Notes: generated by a model from the letters alone, not told the origin. A stretch of 64,000 nucleotides of DNA from an uncultured Chloroflexia bacterium (GCA_963828165.1 CAWHDR010000001.1:1408001-1472000); one strand, 5' to 3'; shown: positions 45,282-56,115, counted from the stretch's first letter. Numbers and translations are program-made.

Positions 45282-46189
45282 CAGCCGCCCGACGGACGAT
45301 CAGCGCCGACCCCGCCCCGATCCGGATCGGCCCCGTCACGTTCGCCTGGGGCCGCCGCACGTACGTGATGGGCATCCTCAATGTCACGCCGGATTCGTTC
45401 TCGGGCGACGGGCTCCTCGAGGGAACCGATCCCGTCGAGCGTGCCGTGGCGACCGCGCTCCGGATGGTTGCCGAAGGCGCCGACCTCCTCGACATCGGGG
45501 GCGAATCGACCCGGCCCGGACATGTCTCCGTCGACGCGACCGAGGAGATGCGCCGCGTGATCCCGGTCATCACCGCCGTGGCCGCGGCCCTGCCGGACAC
45601 GCCGATCAGCGTCGATACCGCCAAGCCGGAGGTCGCCGAGGCGGCCCTGAGCGCTGGCGCCCACCTGTTGAACGACGTGTGGGGCACGGGCCCTGACGTC
45701 GGAGAGATGGCCGCCGTGGCCGCGGGCGCCGGGGTGCCGCTGATCGTGATGCACAACCGTCCCGAGGCGCACTACGAGCGCAACGTCGTCACCGAAGTGG
45801 TCGCGGACCTGGGCGCGGCGCTGGACCGGGCCATCGCTGCCGGAGTGCCGGAAGATGACCTCATCGTCGATCCCGGCATCGGCTTCGGGAAGACGGCGGA
45901 CCACAACATCTCGGTGCTGTGCCACCTCGGGGCGCTGTCGACGCTGGGCCGTCCGGTGCTGCTGGGCACGTCGCGCAAGTCAACGCTCGGGCGCATCCTG
46001 GACCTGCCGGTCGAGGAACGGCTCGAAGCGACCCTGGCCACGACCGCGCTCGGCATCGCCGCCGGCGTCGACCTCGTCCGCGTGCACGACGTCGCCCCCA
46101 ACGTCCGGGTCGCCCGGGTCAGCGACGCCATCGTGCGGGGTCACTGGCGCGAGCACGCCGACACGCCGACGGGAGCTCGTGATGAGTGA
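45278..46189 (+). CDS. folP: Dihydropteroate synthase
   Basis: MGILNVTPDSFSGDG, DIGGESTRPG, SVDT, DPGIGFGK, SRKS, RVHDV. Confidence 0.97.
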   Translation: MTAARRTISADPAPIRIGPVTFAWGRRTYVMGILNVTPDSFSGDGLLEGTDPVERAVATALRMVAEGADLLDIGGESTRPGHVSVDATEEMRRVIPVITAVAAALPDTPISVDTAKPEVAEAALSAGAHLLNDVWGTGPDVGEMAAVAAGAGVPLIVMHNRPEAHYERNVVTEVVADLGAALDRAIAAGVPEDDLIVDPGIGFGKTADHNISVLCHLGALSTLGRPVLLGTSRKSTLGRILDLPVEERLEATLATTALGIAAGVDLVRVHDVAPNVRVARVSDAIVRGHWREHADTPTGARDE

Positions 46190-46550
46190 CCGCATCGTCC
46201 TGCGGAACATGCAGTTCCAAGGCCGGCATGGCTACTACGAGCACGAGCTCACCAGCGCGCAGCCCTTCGAAGTCGACGTCGAACTCGTGCTGAACCTTCA
46301 GCCAGCAGGTGAGGACGACGACCTCGAGAAGACCGTCGACTACGGCCGGGTGTACGCCATCGCCCGTCAGATCGTGGAGTCCACGTCCTACCGCCTGCTC
46401 GAGGCCATCGCAGAAGCGATCAGCCACGAGATCCTCACCGAGTTCGAGGTCACCGAGGTCGGCGTGCGGGTGCGCAAGCCGGCGGTCCAGCTCGGCGGCC
46501 CGCTCGACTACGCGGCGGTCGAGATCTGGCGGCGCCGCTCGGAGCGCTAG
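46182..46550 (+). CDS. folB: Dihydroneopterin aldolase
   Basis: GRHGYYEHE...QPFEVDVEL, DDLEKTVDY, LLEAIA, VRKP. Confidence 0.95.
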   Translation: MSDRIVLRNMQFQGRHGYYEHELTSAQPFEVDVELVLNLQPAGEDDDLEKTVDYGRVYAIARQIVESTSYRLLEAIAEAISHEILTEFEVTEVGVRVRKPAVQLGGPLDYAAVEIWRRRSER

Positions 46551-47977
46551 AGGTCGGGGCGCGTCGCCAGGGTGAGTGACACGGTCTGCGTCTGGCCGTC
46601 GCGCAGCACTTCGACCGAGATCGTGTCGCCCGGCGCGAACTCGCTCAGCGTCGCGTCCAGCGGGTGGTCGCCGTCGATCGGCTGGGCGTTGACCTTGACG
46701 ATGATGTCGCCATCCCGCAGGCCCGCCGACTCCGCCGGGCTGCCCGGGACCACGGCCGGCGTCGGCGAGTCGGGGCCACCGCCCGGGATGATCAGCGCGC
46801 CCTCGTTCACCGGGAGGTCGTTCGCCGTGGCGTACTGGAGGTCGAGCGCGCGGTAGACGACGCCCATGTACGGACGGGCCAGGGGCTCGCCTGCCACCGC
46901 CTGCTCCATGATCGGGCGGGCGATGTCGATGGGGATCGCAAAGCCGATGCCGTTGCTGTCGGCCGCGATCGCGGTGTTGATCCCGACGACGTTGCCGCCC
47001 GCGTCCAGCAGCGGGCCACCCGAATTGCCGGGGTTGATCGCCGCATCGGTCTGGATGAGGTTGTTGAGGTTGTCGTTGCCGTCGGCGGTGATCGTGCGGC
47101 CCTTGGCCGACACGATCCCACTCGTGACGGAGTTCGAGTACGTGCCCAGTGGGCTGCCGATCGCGATGACGAGCTGGCCGACCTTGAGCGCGCTCGAGTC
47201 GCCGAGCGATGCCGTCGGAAGCCCGCTGCCCTCGACCTTGACGATCGCGAGGTCGGTCAGCGTATCGATGCCGTAGACGGTGCCGTCGAGCACCCGGCCG
47301 TCGTTGAGCTCGACCGCGAGGCTGTCGCTGCCCTCCACGACGTGACGGTTCGTGAGGATCCAGCCGGCGCCGTCGTAGATCACGCCCGACCCGACGCCGG
47401 TCTCGGGGATGATGCCGGTCGACGTATCGACGTTGCTCCCGGTCGTGATCCGGACGACCGCCGGGCTGACCGCGGCCGCGACGTCGATGGTCGCTGAGCT
47501 CTCAGTGATCGGTCGATTGCTGGCACCGACCGTGGTGCCGGTCGGACCGGCCTGGACCGGCGCAGGGCGATCCAGCACGCCGCTCGCGCGCAGGGCCAGG
47601 ACCGTCCCGCTCGACGCCAGCACGGCGGACAAGAGGGATGCGGCCACCAGGGTGGCGAGGCCACCTCGCCCCGACCTGCCGGAGTCGCTTACCGCGGGCC
47701 TGACCGGTGTCGTCGGGGCGGTGCCCGGCACGACGGCCGGCTCGTACCAACGCTCGGGTGTGGTGGCTGGCCCGAGATCGCCCTCGTGCCGCGACCAGTC
47801 GTTCCGCGGCTCGGACGGAGGGGAGTAGCGTTCCACGGCGGGAGAACCGGGCTCGCCCGTCGCGGGCGTCCCCGGCGTCGCAGTGGTCCCTGCGGTCGCC
47901 GGCCATGCCGGCGGTTCGGCCGGCACCTCGTGCCGCCGCGTGATGTCGGTGTCGTCCGGGTGTTGCTGATCCGTCAT
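46547..47977 (-). CDS. htrA: HtrA/DegP-family serine protease with PDZ domain
   Basis: GSGVI, ILTNRHVV, DLAIVK, IQTDAAINPGNSGGPL, PDZ. Confidence 0.93.
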   Translation of the reverse strand: MTDQQHPDDTDITRRHEVPAEPPAWPATAGTTATPGTPATGEPGSPAVERYSPPSEPRNDWSRHEGDLGPATTPERWYEPAVVPGTAPTTPVRPAVSDSGRSGRGGLATLVAASLLSAVLASSGTVLALRASGVLDRPAPVQAGPTGTTVGASNRPITESSATIDVAAAVSPAVVRITTGSNVDTSTGIIPETGVGSGVIYDGAGWILTNRHVVEGSDSLAVELNDGRVLDGTVYGIDTLTDLAIVKVEGSGLPTASLGDSSALKVGQLVIAIGSPLGTYSNSVTSGIVSAKGRTITADGNDNLNNLIQTDAAINPGNSGGPLLDAGGNVVGINTAIAADSNGIGFAIPIDIARPIMEQAVAGEPLARPYMGVVYRALDLQYATANDLPVNEGALIIPGGGPDSPTPAVVPGSPAESAGLRDGDIIVKVNAQPIDGDHPLDATLSEFAPGDTISVEVLRDGQTQTVSLTLATRPDL

Positions 47978-48047
47978 CGTCGGGATGGTTCCTTGAAGAC
48001 CTGGCTGATCGACCGGTAGTGAGCGACCGGTCCGGGATACGTCCTGT

Positions 48048-49760
48048 TCAGGGTGCCGAAGCGGGGTTCAAACCCGACGCGTCGGACGGTGAAGTTTCCG
48101 TCACGTTCGCGCCAGCTTCATCCGCGCGCTCCGTGGGCGATCGGACACCCGCCTCGTCGGCCGCCGCGGCTGCCGCGATCCGCTCGGACCCCTCGGCGGC
48201 GCTGGCCACGTCCGCTCGTGACGCCGCCGGCGTGCCGGCGACCACGCGAGGGTCACCCGGCAGGTGCACCGTGAACCGGCTGCCGCGCTCGGGTCCCGTC
48301 TCGACTTCGATCGTCCCGCCGTGCATGTCGACGATGGAGCGCACGATGGCCAGGCCGAGCCCGCTCCCACTGCCCCGGGCCTCGTTCGCGCGCGATCCGC
48401 GATAGAAGCGCTCGAAGATGTGGGGCAGCTCGGCAGCATCGATGCCGACGCCGGTATCGGTGACGTCGATCCGTGAACCGTCGTCGGTCGGCACGACGGC
48501 GACCCGCACCGAGCCGCCGCGTGGCGTGAACTTGATCGCATTGCCCACGAGGTTCGCGACGACCTGGCCGATGCGCGGCGGATCGTGGCGGATCCGAATC
48601 GGTGCGTCCGGAAGGTCGACCGTGACGCGAACGCCGCGACGAGCGGCGGCCGAGTCGTGCTGGTGAGCCGCCGATTCGACCGCGGCCCGCAGGTCGTCGG
48701 GCCGCAGGTCCAGCAGGACCAGGCCGGAGTCGAGCTTCGAAAGCTCGAGCAGGTTCTGGGCGAGCCAATCGAGTCGCTCGATCTGACCCGCACTTGATTC
48801 GAGGAACTCGGCGCGCGCTTCCGGGTCGTCCCCGGCGGTCTCCATCAGCAGCTGGTTGAACGTCCGCAGGGCCGCGAGCGGCGTGCGCAATTCGTGCGAC
48901 ACGTCGGCGAGGAAGTCACGGCTCCGATCGCGATCCCGGCGGCTGATCTCGACGCTCTCCTCGAGACGGTCGGCCATCGTGTTGAACTGGACGGCGAGTT
49001 CGCCCAGCTCCGTGGATCCGGCGCGCAACTGGGCGGCCGGCACGCGTCGCGAGAGGTCGCCCTCGGCCAGCGCCCTGGACGCGTCGGTGAGCTGGCGCAA
49101 TGGCGTCGTGAAGCGGCGCGTCAGGGCGGCCGACACCACGACCGCGAGACCCAGCGCGAACAGGGCGATCGCCGCGAGGAGGCCGGTGAGGTTCGCGATG
49201 GCCGAGGCGCGGAAGGTCGATGGATTGGCCAGCGTGATCTCAAGCGCGTAGCGCTGGAAGGTCTCGCCGCCACCGTAGCGCTGCGTCACGAACGTGTTCT
49301 CGCGCGTCTGGCCGGCTCGCGGCGGAGCCTGCAGGTTCATCTGAAACGTCCCGTTGGGGGCGGGGATGAACATCGTCCGGTCGCCGGTCGTCACGTTGAT
49401 CCCGAAGCGGGCGATGACGTCGGCCTGACCCAACCGATCGGTGATGAAGGCCTGGCGCGTCGGGGTGTTGAGGATCTCGACGACATCCTCATCGAGGAAG
49501 CCATCGGCACCGACGACCGGGGAACGTCCCGCGGCGGCTTCCGCCTGGCTCCGGATGAAGCCGCTCACCGTGGTCGAACGTTCGCGCAGGTCGGCATCCT
49601 GTTGTTGCGCGAAATACGCATCGAGGCGGTTGAGGACGAGCACCGAGACGAGGCTCAGCGTGAGCGCGATGACGGCGACGAACGCGACGGTCAGTCGGCC
49701 TCCGAACGTCCGGGGCATGAGCCGGCGGAGGCGGCGCGCGGGACGGGCTCGCCGGACCAC
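48048..49760 (-). CDS. HAMP-domain sensor histidine kinase (start approximate)
   Basis: Two TMs, HAMP, VSHELRTPL, NLVGNAIKFT, DTGVGI, GSGLGLAI. Confidence 0.95.
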   Translation of the reverse strand: MVRRARPARRLRRLMPRTFGGRLTVAFVAVIALTLSLVSVLVLNRLDAYFAQQQDADLRERSTTVSGFIRSQAEAAAGRSPVVGADGFLDEDVVEILNTPTRQAFITDRLGQADVIARFGINVTTGDRTMFIPAPNGTFQMNLQAPPRAGQTRENTFVTQRYGGGETFQRYALEITLANPSTFRASAIANLTGLLAAIALFALGLAVVVSAALTRRFTTPLRQLTDASRALAEGDLSRRVPAAQLRAGSTELGELAVQFNTMADRLEESVEISRRDRDRSRDFLADVSHELRTPLAALRTFNQLLMETAGDDPEARAEFLESSAGQIERLDWLAQNLLELSKLDSGLVLLDLRPDDLRAAVESAAHQHDSAAARRGVRVTVDLPDAPIRIRHDPPRIGQVVANLVGNAIKFTPRGGSVRVAVVPTDDGSRIDVTDTGVGIDAAELPHIFERFYRGSRANEARGSGSGLGLAIVRSIVDMHGGTIEVETGPERGSRFTVHLPGDPRVVAGTPAASRADVASAAEGSERIAAAAAADEAGVRSPTERADEAGANVTETSPSDASGLNPASAP

Positions 49761-49767
49761 CGGCCGC

Positions 49768-50466
49768 TCAGCGCTCGGCGAACGCGTAGCCCACGCCACG
49801 CACGGTCAGGACGAAGGCCGGTGTCGCCGGATCGTCCTCGATCTTCTCGCGCAGGTGGCTGACGTGGACGTTGATGGTCTTCTCGTCCTGGTCGAGGGCC
49901 TCGTAGTCGCGCAGCAGCTCCAGGAGCTCGCCACGCGTGTAAACGCGGCCCGGCCGCGACGCGAGGTGCCGCAGGATCTCGAACTCCGTGGGCGTGAGAC
50001 TGATCCGCCGGGCGCCGCGTTGCACCCGCCGACGCTCCAGGTCGATGATCAGGTCGTTGTGGCGGATCACCCGCCCGCCTGCTGCGTCGGCTAGATCGCC
50101 GTAGGAGCGCCGCAGGAGCGCCTTGATCCTGCTCAGGAGCTCCCGCAAGCCGAAGGGTTTCGTGAGGTAATCGTCCGCACCGAGCTCGAGACCGATGACC
50201 TTGTCGACCTCGTCGTCGCGGGCGGTCAGCACGAGGATCGGCATCTTTGCACCGGCCGCGCGGATGCGGCGCAGCGCCTCGAAGCCGTCGATCCCCGGCA
50301 GGCGCACGTCCAGCACGACCAGGTCCGGAGCCTCGCGGGTCGCGATCTCCAACCCCTCTTCGCCGGATCGGGCGACGCCGACGTCGTACCCCTCCTGCTG
50401 CAGGGCGTACTGGATCCCGCGCGCGACGGCGTGCTCGTCTTCGACGATCAGGATGGTGGCGGCCAC
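49768..50466 (-). CDS. OmpR-family response regulator
   Basis: IVEDE, DLVVLD, GADDYLTKPF, LTPTEF, TVRGVGY. Confidence 0.96.
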   Translation of the reverse strand: MAATILIVEDEHAVARGIQYALQQEGYDVGVARSGEEGLEIATREAPDLVVLDVRLPGIDGFEALRRIRAAGAKMPILVLTARDDEVDKVIGLELGADDYLTKPFGLRELLSRIKALLRRSYGDLADAAGGRVIRHNDLIIDLERRRVQRGARRISLTPTEFEILRHLASRPGRVYTRGELLELLRDYEALDQDEKTINVHVSHLREKIEDDPATPAFVLTVRGVGYAFAER

Positions 50467-50654
50467 GCTCCGATGCTACACCGGCCGCGGCGGATGCCCT
50501 GTTTGCCGGCACTTCCCCGGCAGGTCGCGCTGATCGAACGAGCGCGCCTCTCGTGGTACCCTACGCTCCCGCTCCGGGCGCCTCGCCATCACCGGCCCCG
50601 CCGGCGAGCCGCGGCCCGACATCAATGAACCACCAACCCTGAGGTCCACATCGC

Positions 50655-51356
50655 ATGGCCACCGCCCGTCCCACACTCGCCGCCGAGCACCGTGAGGTCA
50701 CCGGCAAGAAGGTGAACCACCTGCGTAAAGCCGGGAAGCTGCCGGCCGTGGTCTACGGGCACGGCGTCGACTCCACACCGGTGACGGTCGATGCCCATGA
50801 CTTCGACCTCCTGCGCCGGCACACGGGCCCCAACGCCCTCGTGGATCTCTCGGTCGACGGCGAGAAGGCACAGCCGGTCCTGATCAACCAGGTCCAGATC
50901 CATCCGGTCCATCGCCGGCCGCTCCACGCGGACCTGTTCCTCGTGCGGATGACCGAGGAGCTCACCGTCGACGTGCCCCTCGCCGCCACCGGCATCTCCT
51001 ATGCGGTCGACCAGCTCGGCGGGACGGTCCTCCATCCGACGGAGACCGTCCGCATCCGGGCACTTCCCGATCACCTGCCGCAGTCGATCGAGTACTCCAT
51101 CGAATCGCTCGTCGACTTCGACGTCTCACTCCACGTTCGCGACCTGACCATCCCGTCCGATGTGACGCTCCTGACCGACGCCGATGAGATCATCGCGAAG
51201 GTCCAGGCACCGCGTGTCGAGGTCGAGGAGGAGCCGGAGGTCGTCGAGGGCGAGGAGGGCGTCGAGGGCGAAGAGGCCGCCGAGGGCGAGGAAGCTGCCG
51301 AGGGTGGCGCCACGGACTCAGGCGGCGGCGACAGCGGGTCGTCCGAGGAGAGCTAG
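50655..51356 (+). CDS. rplY: 50S ribosomal protein L25/general stress protein Ctc
   Basis: GKKVNHLRKAGKLPAVVYGHG, QIHPV...HADL, acidic tail. Confidence 0.95.
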   Translation: MATARPTLAAEHREVTGKKVNHLRKAGKLPAVVYGHGVDSTPVTVDAHDFDLLRRHTGPNALVDLSVDGEKAQPVLINQVQIHPVHRRPLHADLFLVRMTEELTVDVPLAATGISYAVDQLGGTVLHPTETVRIRALPDHLPQSIEYSIESLVDFDVSLHVRDLTIPSDVTLLTDADEIIAKVQAPRVEVEEEPEVVEGEEGVEGEEAAEGEEAAEGGATDSGGGDSGSSEES

Positions 51357-51390
51357 GAACTCGTCGCTTCGAGCCCGCGATCGAACGTCG

Positions 51391-52215
51391 TCAGCCGTCC
51401 GAGCGTCGGCCTGAGGCGTACACGATCGGCACCCGGAAGGTCAGCTCGTCAGGCTGCAGCGCCATCAGGCGCTCGCGGAACTGTTGCAGGAACTTCCGGC
51501 GCTCCGTACGGCCCATCTCTGCGAAGAGGCTCTCTTCGTCGAACTCGGTCAGGAACGAGATGTAGCGGTCAACCGTGAAGGCGTACTCCAGCATGTCCCC
51601 GTGAGCGACCACGTCCCGGAAGCCGGCGCTACGTAGCTCCCCGGCGGCGCGCTCGACAGAGGGGATGTCGCCATGGCGATTGGGATCCTCGTCGTTCTCG
51701 AACCCATACTCCTCGAGCAGTCGATCGAAGATGCGATCGGGCGCGAACGCCCGGTCGTCGGCGATCCAGGTGACGTGGGCGAACAGGCCACCGGGCCGCA
51801 GGACCCGCCGGATGTCGCGGAGCGCCGCGGGCCGGCTCGGCACGAGCTGCAGCACGAACGACGACATCGCGGCATCGAAGGTCCCCTCGTCGAACGGGAG
51901 TTCCGCGGCGAAGGCCACGCGACCCTCGAAACGATCCCGTGCGGTCGGCACCCGCTCGTCGACCAGCGCTTCGACCGCACGGACCATCTCGCGCGAGGCG
52001 TCGATAGCGGTGACACGGACCTCCGGCCAGCGGTGCAGGGCGGCGATCGACAGATTGCCGGTACCGACGCCCACGTCCAGCACCGTGCGCGCGCCCTCGG
52101 CCACGGCGCCGTCGAGGCGATCGAGGAGGGCGACGGCACTGCGCGCCAGCACCGGCGCCCACCAGCGGTCGTAGCCGGCGGCGATCCGGTCGTATCGTTC
52201 AGCCGTCTCCGTCAC
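51391..52215 (-). CDS. Class I SAM-dependent methyltransferase
   Basis: VLDVGVGTG, LPFDEGTFD, RVLRPGG. Confidence 0.92.
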   Translation of the reverse strand: MTETAERYDRIAAGYDRWWAPVLARSAVALLDRLDGAVAEGARTVLDVGVGTGNLSIAALHRWPEVRVTAIDASREMVRAVEALVDERVPTARDRFEGRVAFAAELPFDEGTFDAAMSSFVLQLVPSRPAALRDIRRVLRPGGLFAHVTWIADDRAFAPDRIFDRLLEEYGFENDEDPNRHGDIPSVERAAGELRSAGFRDVVAHGDMLEYAFTVDRYISFLTEFDEESLFAEMGRTERRKFLQQFRERLMALQPDELTFRVPIVYASGRRSDG

Positions 52216-52246
52216 CCGCCCATGGTGCCACGCGCGGGTGACCGGA

Positions 52247-53209
52247 TCATCCCGGCAGCGGTGCGTCGCCGGTGCGCCGGCGGCCGATGAGCCCCAGCCG
52301 TCGTCCGGCCCACACGACGATCGCGATGATCGCGCCGAGCACGAGCAGCAGCGGCAGCCACACGATCGCGAACCAGATCCCGGCCGTCGTCAGCGCCTGC
52401 AGGACGTTCACCAGGCTGGCGGTCGCCTCGTCGACGACCGTGCGCGGCTGCCAGTCCTTGGCCGCGACGTCGACCGCGATGACCGGGACGCTGAAGGTCG
52501 CCGTCAGGGTCGCGAACCCGGCGCGGTCTTCGAGGTCCGCGAGGGCGGCGCTGAGTTGTTCGATCTGGCCGCGGACGTTGGTGAGCTGGTTCTGGACTTC
52601 CAGCACGTCGGTGATCCGCGTCGCCGTGCTCGCGATCTCCTGGAGCGCTGTCTCGCTGGCGCGCAGGTTGCGGATCCGGGCCTCGAGGTCGATGACCTGG
52701 CCCGTCACCTCGACCGCCTGGGTCTGTTCGCCGACGACCTTCGAGGTCAACCCGTTGAGGCCGCGCAGCAGGTCGAGCGCGTCTTCCCAGCGGTCCGCAG
52801 GGATCCGATAGGTGATCGTGGCGTACGGCTGGTCTTCGACGTTCTCCGTCTGGGACGCGCCCACGTACCCGCCCATCGCGCGGATCCCGTTGCGGGCCGC
52901 GACCAAGGCCGCGGGGACATCCGTGACCTCGAGCTGGATGGTCCCGGTCCGGATGATCTTCGCGTCGTCGACGGCCGCTCCGACGCCGTCCTCCGTGATG
53001 GGTGGGGCCGGCGCCGCGGTGGCAGCGGGATCGCCCCCGCCCTGGCCGGAGAGCCGTCCTGGCTCGACCAGAGCGTTTCCGTTGTCGCCGACGCCGCCCC
53101 CGACGGGACTGAGGTTCGGGGCCGAGGCACTTCCGCCACAGGCGGCCAGGAAGACTCCGATGGCAGCGATCAGCGCGACCCGCGCGATCGATGGACGGAC
53201 GGTGCGCAT
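52247..53209 (-). CDS. DUF4349-domain lipoprotein
   Basis: GGAGG SD; lipobox LAAC; IIRTG.IQLEV, GGYV, VT.QVIDLEARI.NL, QIEQL; C-terminal TM. Confidence 0.9.
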   Translation of the reverse strand: MRTVRPSIARVALIAAIGVFLAACGGSASAPNLSPVGGGVGDNGNALVEPGRLSGQGGGDPAATAAPAPPITEDGVGAAVDDAKIIRTGTIQLEVTDVPAALVAARNGIRAMGGYVGASQTENVEDQPYATITYRIPADRWEDALDLLRGLNGLTSKVVGEQTQAVEVTGQVIDLEARIRNLRASETALQEIASTATRITDVLEVQNQLTNVRGQIEQLSAALADLEDRAGFATLTATFSVPVIAVDVAAKDWQPRTVVDEATASLVNVLQALTTAGIWFAIVWLPLLLVLGAIIAIVVWAGRRLGLIGRRRTGDAPLPG

Positions 53210-53263
53210 GTTGATGGACCTCCGTGGTGCCCACGATCCGATGGATCGCGCGGCATCCGCCCC

Positions 53264-53289
53264 GACGCGCCCGACGGGGCCACGGTTCC
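53264..53289 (-). promoter_or_regulatory. ECF-type promoter upstream of the DUF4349 gene
   Basis: Minus strand GGAACC-16 nt-CGTC. Confidence 0.55.
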
Positions 53290-53363
53290 GGTGGGAGGCG
53301 CCGACGCCACACGCGCACGGTCGGAGCCGTCCCAGCCCCGACCGCGCACCCCGAGGAGAACCC

Positions 53364-54860
53364 ATGGATCGTTCACTGGCCCGCCGCATCCTGCTCGCCG
53401 CATTTGCGATCGGCGTCCTCGCCGACATCGCCTTGGACGGACCGGCCATCGGCCTCAATCTGGCCGTCCTCACGGCGGCCATGCTGGCCACGGCCTGGCT
53501 CCTGCGTCGTCCCGGGCGCGCGCCGGACCCACTCGATGCGTGGCTCCCCGTTTCGGCGCTGGTCCTCGCCGCGCTCGTCGCGGTGCGCGCGGATCCGTTC
53601 GTGACGTTCCTCGACCTCGCAGGTGCGGCGGTGTTCACGGGCGCCTCGGCGGCGGCGTTCTCAGGGCTGGCCGTGACGCGGCGATCCGCGACGGCCGTCA
53701 TGGCCGCGGGAGCGTGGGTCCTCGAAGCGGTGCTCGCCGGAACGGGCCGTGCACTTCGCGCCGCGCGACCGGCGCCGACGGACGGTCCCAGGCACGCTCC
53801 GGCGTGGTTCGGGCCCGTGGGACGAGGGCTCGTCCTGGCGATCCCGCTCGTCATGATCTTCGCGGTCCTGTTCGCCTCAGCGGATCCGATCTTCAACCGC
53901 GGTTTCCAGGACCTGACGCACTTCAGCATCGATCTTGGCGACCTCCCGGGTCGGGTCATCTTCTTGCTGGCGATCGCCTGGCTTGCTGGTGGCCTGCTGA
54001 CGGTCGCGGCCAACGGGATCCCGGCCCTGGAACGCGCGTCGCTTGGTGCCGCGACGCGTTCCGCGTCCGTGATCCCGGAGCGGTTGCTCGGCACGACCGA
54101 AGCGCTGGTCGTCCTCGTCGCGATCGACCTCATCGTGGGTCTCTTCGTCGGCCTGCAGCTCGCCTATCTGTTCGGCGGGCTCGACACGCTCGCCGCGGCC
54201 GGCATGAAATACAGCGACTACGCGCGACGCGGGTACTTCGAGCTCGTCGCAGCCGCAGCGCTGGCGGGCGGCATCCTGGTGGCCCTGGAATACGGGGTTA
54301 CCCGCCGAAGCCGCCCCTACGTCGCCCTGGCGATCGGGCTGGTCGGCCTGACGATCGTGGTCCTCGCCTCGGCAGCGCTTCGGCTCCAGCTCTACCAGGA
54401 GGCCTACGGCTGGACCGAGCTGCGCCTGTACGTCGCGGTGTCGATCACGGCGATGGCGGTCACGCTGGCCGCCCTTTCGGCCTTCCTCGCCACCGATCGG
54501 ACGCGCTGGCTCGGGCACGCGATGGTGGCGATCGGGCTCGTCTCGCTCATCGTCCTCAACCTGCTCGCGCCGGCGGCGTTCGTCGCGGAGCGCAATCTCG
54601 CCCGGGTCATCGATCCGACCCTGGTGCCGCCCGACGGCGAGGCATCCCTCGACGCCGACTACCTCGGGGTCCTGCCCGACGATGCCATCCCGGCCCTGGT
54701 GGCCGCGTTGCCGAGCCTGCCAGCGCAGGAACGCGCGCGGGTCCTGCGGCTCCTGTATGAGCGCCGTTTCGAACTGTCCAAGGACGCCGCCTACGCGTCG
54801 CCGTTCGCCTGGAACCTCGGCCGCGAGCGGGCCAAGGCTGCGCTCGCGACACTACCGTGA
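53364..54860 (+). CDS. DUF4153/DUF4173 family integral membrane protein
   Basis: LFASADPIF, YSDYARRGYFEL, RLQLYQEAYGWT.LR, DADYL..L.DDAIP. Confidence 0.88.
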   Translation: MDRSLARRILLAAFAIGVLADIALDGPAIGLNLAVLTAAMLATAWLLRRPGRAPDPLDAWLPVSALVLAALVAVRADPFVTFLDLAGAAVFTGASAAAFSGLAVTRRSATAVMAAGAWVLEAVLAGTGRALRAARPAPTDGPRHAPAWFGPVGRGLVLAIPLVMIFAVLFASADPIFNRGFQDLTHFSIDLGDLPGRVIFLLAIAWLAGGLLTVAANGIPALERASLGAATRSASVIPERLLGTTEALVVLVAIDLIVGLFVGLQLAYLFGGLDTLAAAGMKYSDYARRGYFELVAAAALAGGILVALEYGVTRRSRPYVALAIGLVGLTIVVLASAALRLQLYQEAYGWTELRLYVAVSITAMAVTLAALSAFLATDRTRWLGHAMVAIGLVSLIVLNLLAPAAFVAERNLARVIDPTLVPPDGEASLDADYLGVLPDDAIPALVAALPSLPAQERARVLRLLYERRFELSKDAAYASPFAWNLGRERAKAALATLP

Positions 54861-54882
54861 GCGGCTGACCTACACTCCGGCG

Positions 54883-55980
54883 ATGGCCCTCCAGCTGCCG
54901 ATCGAGCCGCCCCTCGAACCGATGCTCGCGAAGGCGACCGACTCGCTGCCCGACGGAGACGGCTGGCTGTTCGAGCCCAAGTGGGACGGCTTTCGTGCCC
55001 TCGTCTTTCGTGACGGCGACGAGGTCTACACGCAGTCGCGCGACCTCAAACCCCTCGACCGGTACTTCCCGGAGCTCGCGGACCCGCTGCGCGCGGCCCT
55101 GCCCGAACGTTGCGTGCTCGATGGCGAGGTCGTCATCGCGACCGACGGCGGGCTCGATTTCGAGGCGCTCCTGCTGCGCATCCATCCCGCTGCATCCCGC
55201 GTGAAGATGCTCGCCGCGGAGTCGCCGGCGTCGTTCGTGGCCTGGGACCTGCTGGCGCTCGGCGACGAGGATCTGCGCGAGACGCCGCAGGGTGAGCGTC
55301 GCGCCCGGCTCGAAGCGGTGCTCGGTGGCGTCGAGCCGCCCGTGCACCTGACGCCGGCGACCCAGGATCGCGCGACCGCGGCCGACTGGTTCGACCGCTT
55401 CGAGGGTGCTGGGCTGGACGGCGTGGTCGCGAAGCGGCTCGATGCCCCCTACCAGCCTGGCAAGCGAGCGATGCTCAAGATCAAGCACCAGCGCACGGCT
55501 GATTGCGTCGTCGCGGGGTTCCGCTGGCACAAGAACGGTCCGGGCACGCATGTCGGATCACTGTTGCTGGGCCTGTTCGACGACGAAGGCGTGCTCCATC
55601 ACGTGGGCGTCACCTCGTCATTCACCTGGGACAAGCGGGCGGCACTCGCCGAGGAGCTCGCGTCGTTGCGCGAGCGAGCCCTCGAGGGACATCCGTGGCG
55701 TGAGTGGGCCGAATGGGCTACGACCGGCGACACCGATGCATCCGGCCAGCGCCTGCCCGGGGCCACATCAAGGTGGAACCGTGGCAAGGACCTGTCATGG
55801 GAGCCGCTCCGGGCGGAACGCGTCGCCGAGGTCGCGTACGACCACCTCCAGGGAACCCGGTTCCGCCACGGGACGACGTTCAAGCGCTGGCGACCGGACA
55901 AGCCCCCGGCGGCGTGCCGTTACGACCAGCTGGAGACCACGACGCCGTACCTGCTCGAGGCGATCTTCGGCGATCGCTGA
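54883..55980 (+). CDS. ligC: ATP-dependent DNA ligase, LigC type
   Basis: PMLAK, EPKWDGFR, DGEVV, DGVVAK, YQPGKR, KIKHQRTADCVV, GSLLLGL, RWRPDK. Confidence 0.93.
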   Translation: MALQLPIEPPLEPMLAKATDSLPDGDGWLFEPKWDGFRALVFRDGDEVYTQSRDLKPLDRYFPELADPLRAALPERCVLDGEVVIATDGGLDFEALLLRIHPAASRVKMLAAESPASFVAWDLLALGDEDLRETPQGERRARLEAVLGGVEPPVHLTPATQDRATAADWFDRFEGAGLDGVVAKRLDAPYQPGKRAMLKIKHQRTADCVVAGFRWHKNGPGTHVGSLLLGLFDDEGVLHHVGVTSSFTWDKRAALAEELASLRERALEGHPWREWAEWATTGDTDASGQRLPGATSRWNRGKDLSWEPLRAERVAEVAYDHLQGTRFRHGTTFKRWRPDKPPAACRYDQLETTTPYLLEAIFGDR

Positions 55981-56115
55981 GCCGGGTGGTGCGTGGCCGC
56001 ACACCCAACCGTCCCGGTTTGGGCCTCCGATCGCCCGGACCTTCGGTGCATTGGGAAACCGGCAATGGTTCCGTAGAGTCGGGTATCGGGACATCTGCCG
56101 TCAACGGAGGCCAGC

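Noticed and set aside
50570-50620. Autoregulatory L25 leader RNA upstream of rplY
   Set aside because: Only a short CTCGCC/GGCGAG stem, expected by chance at this GC; no comparative support available
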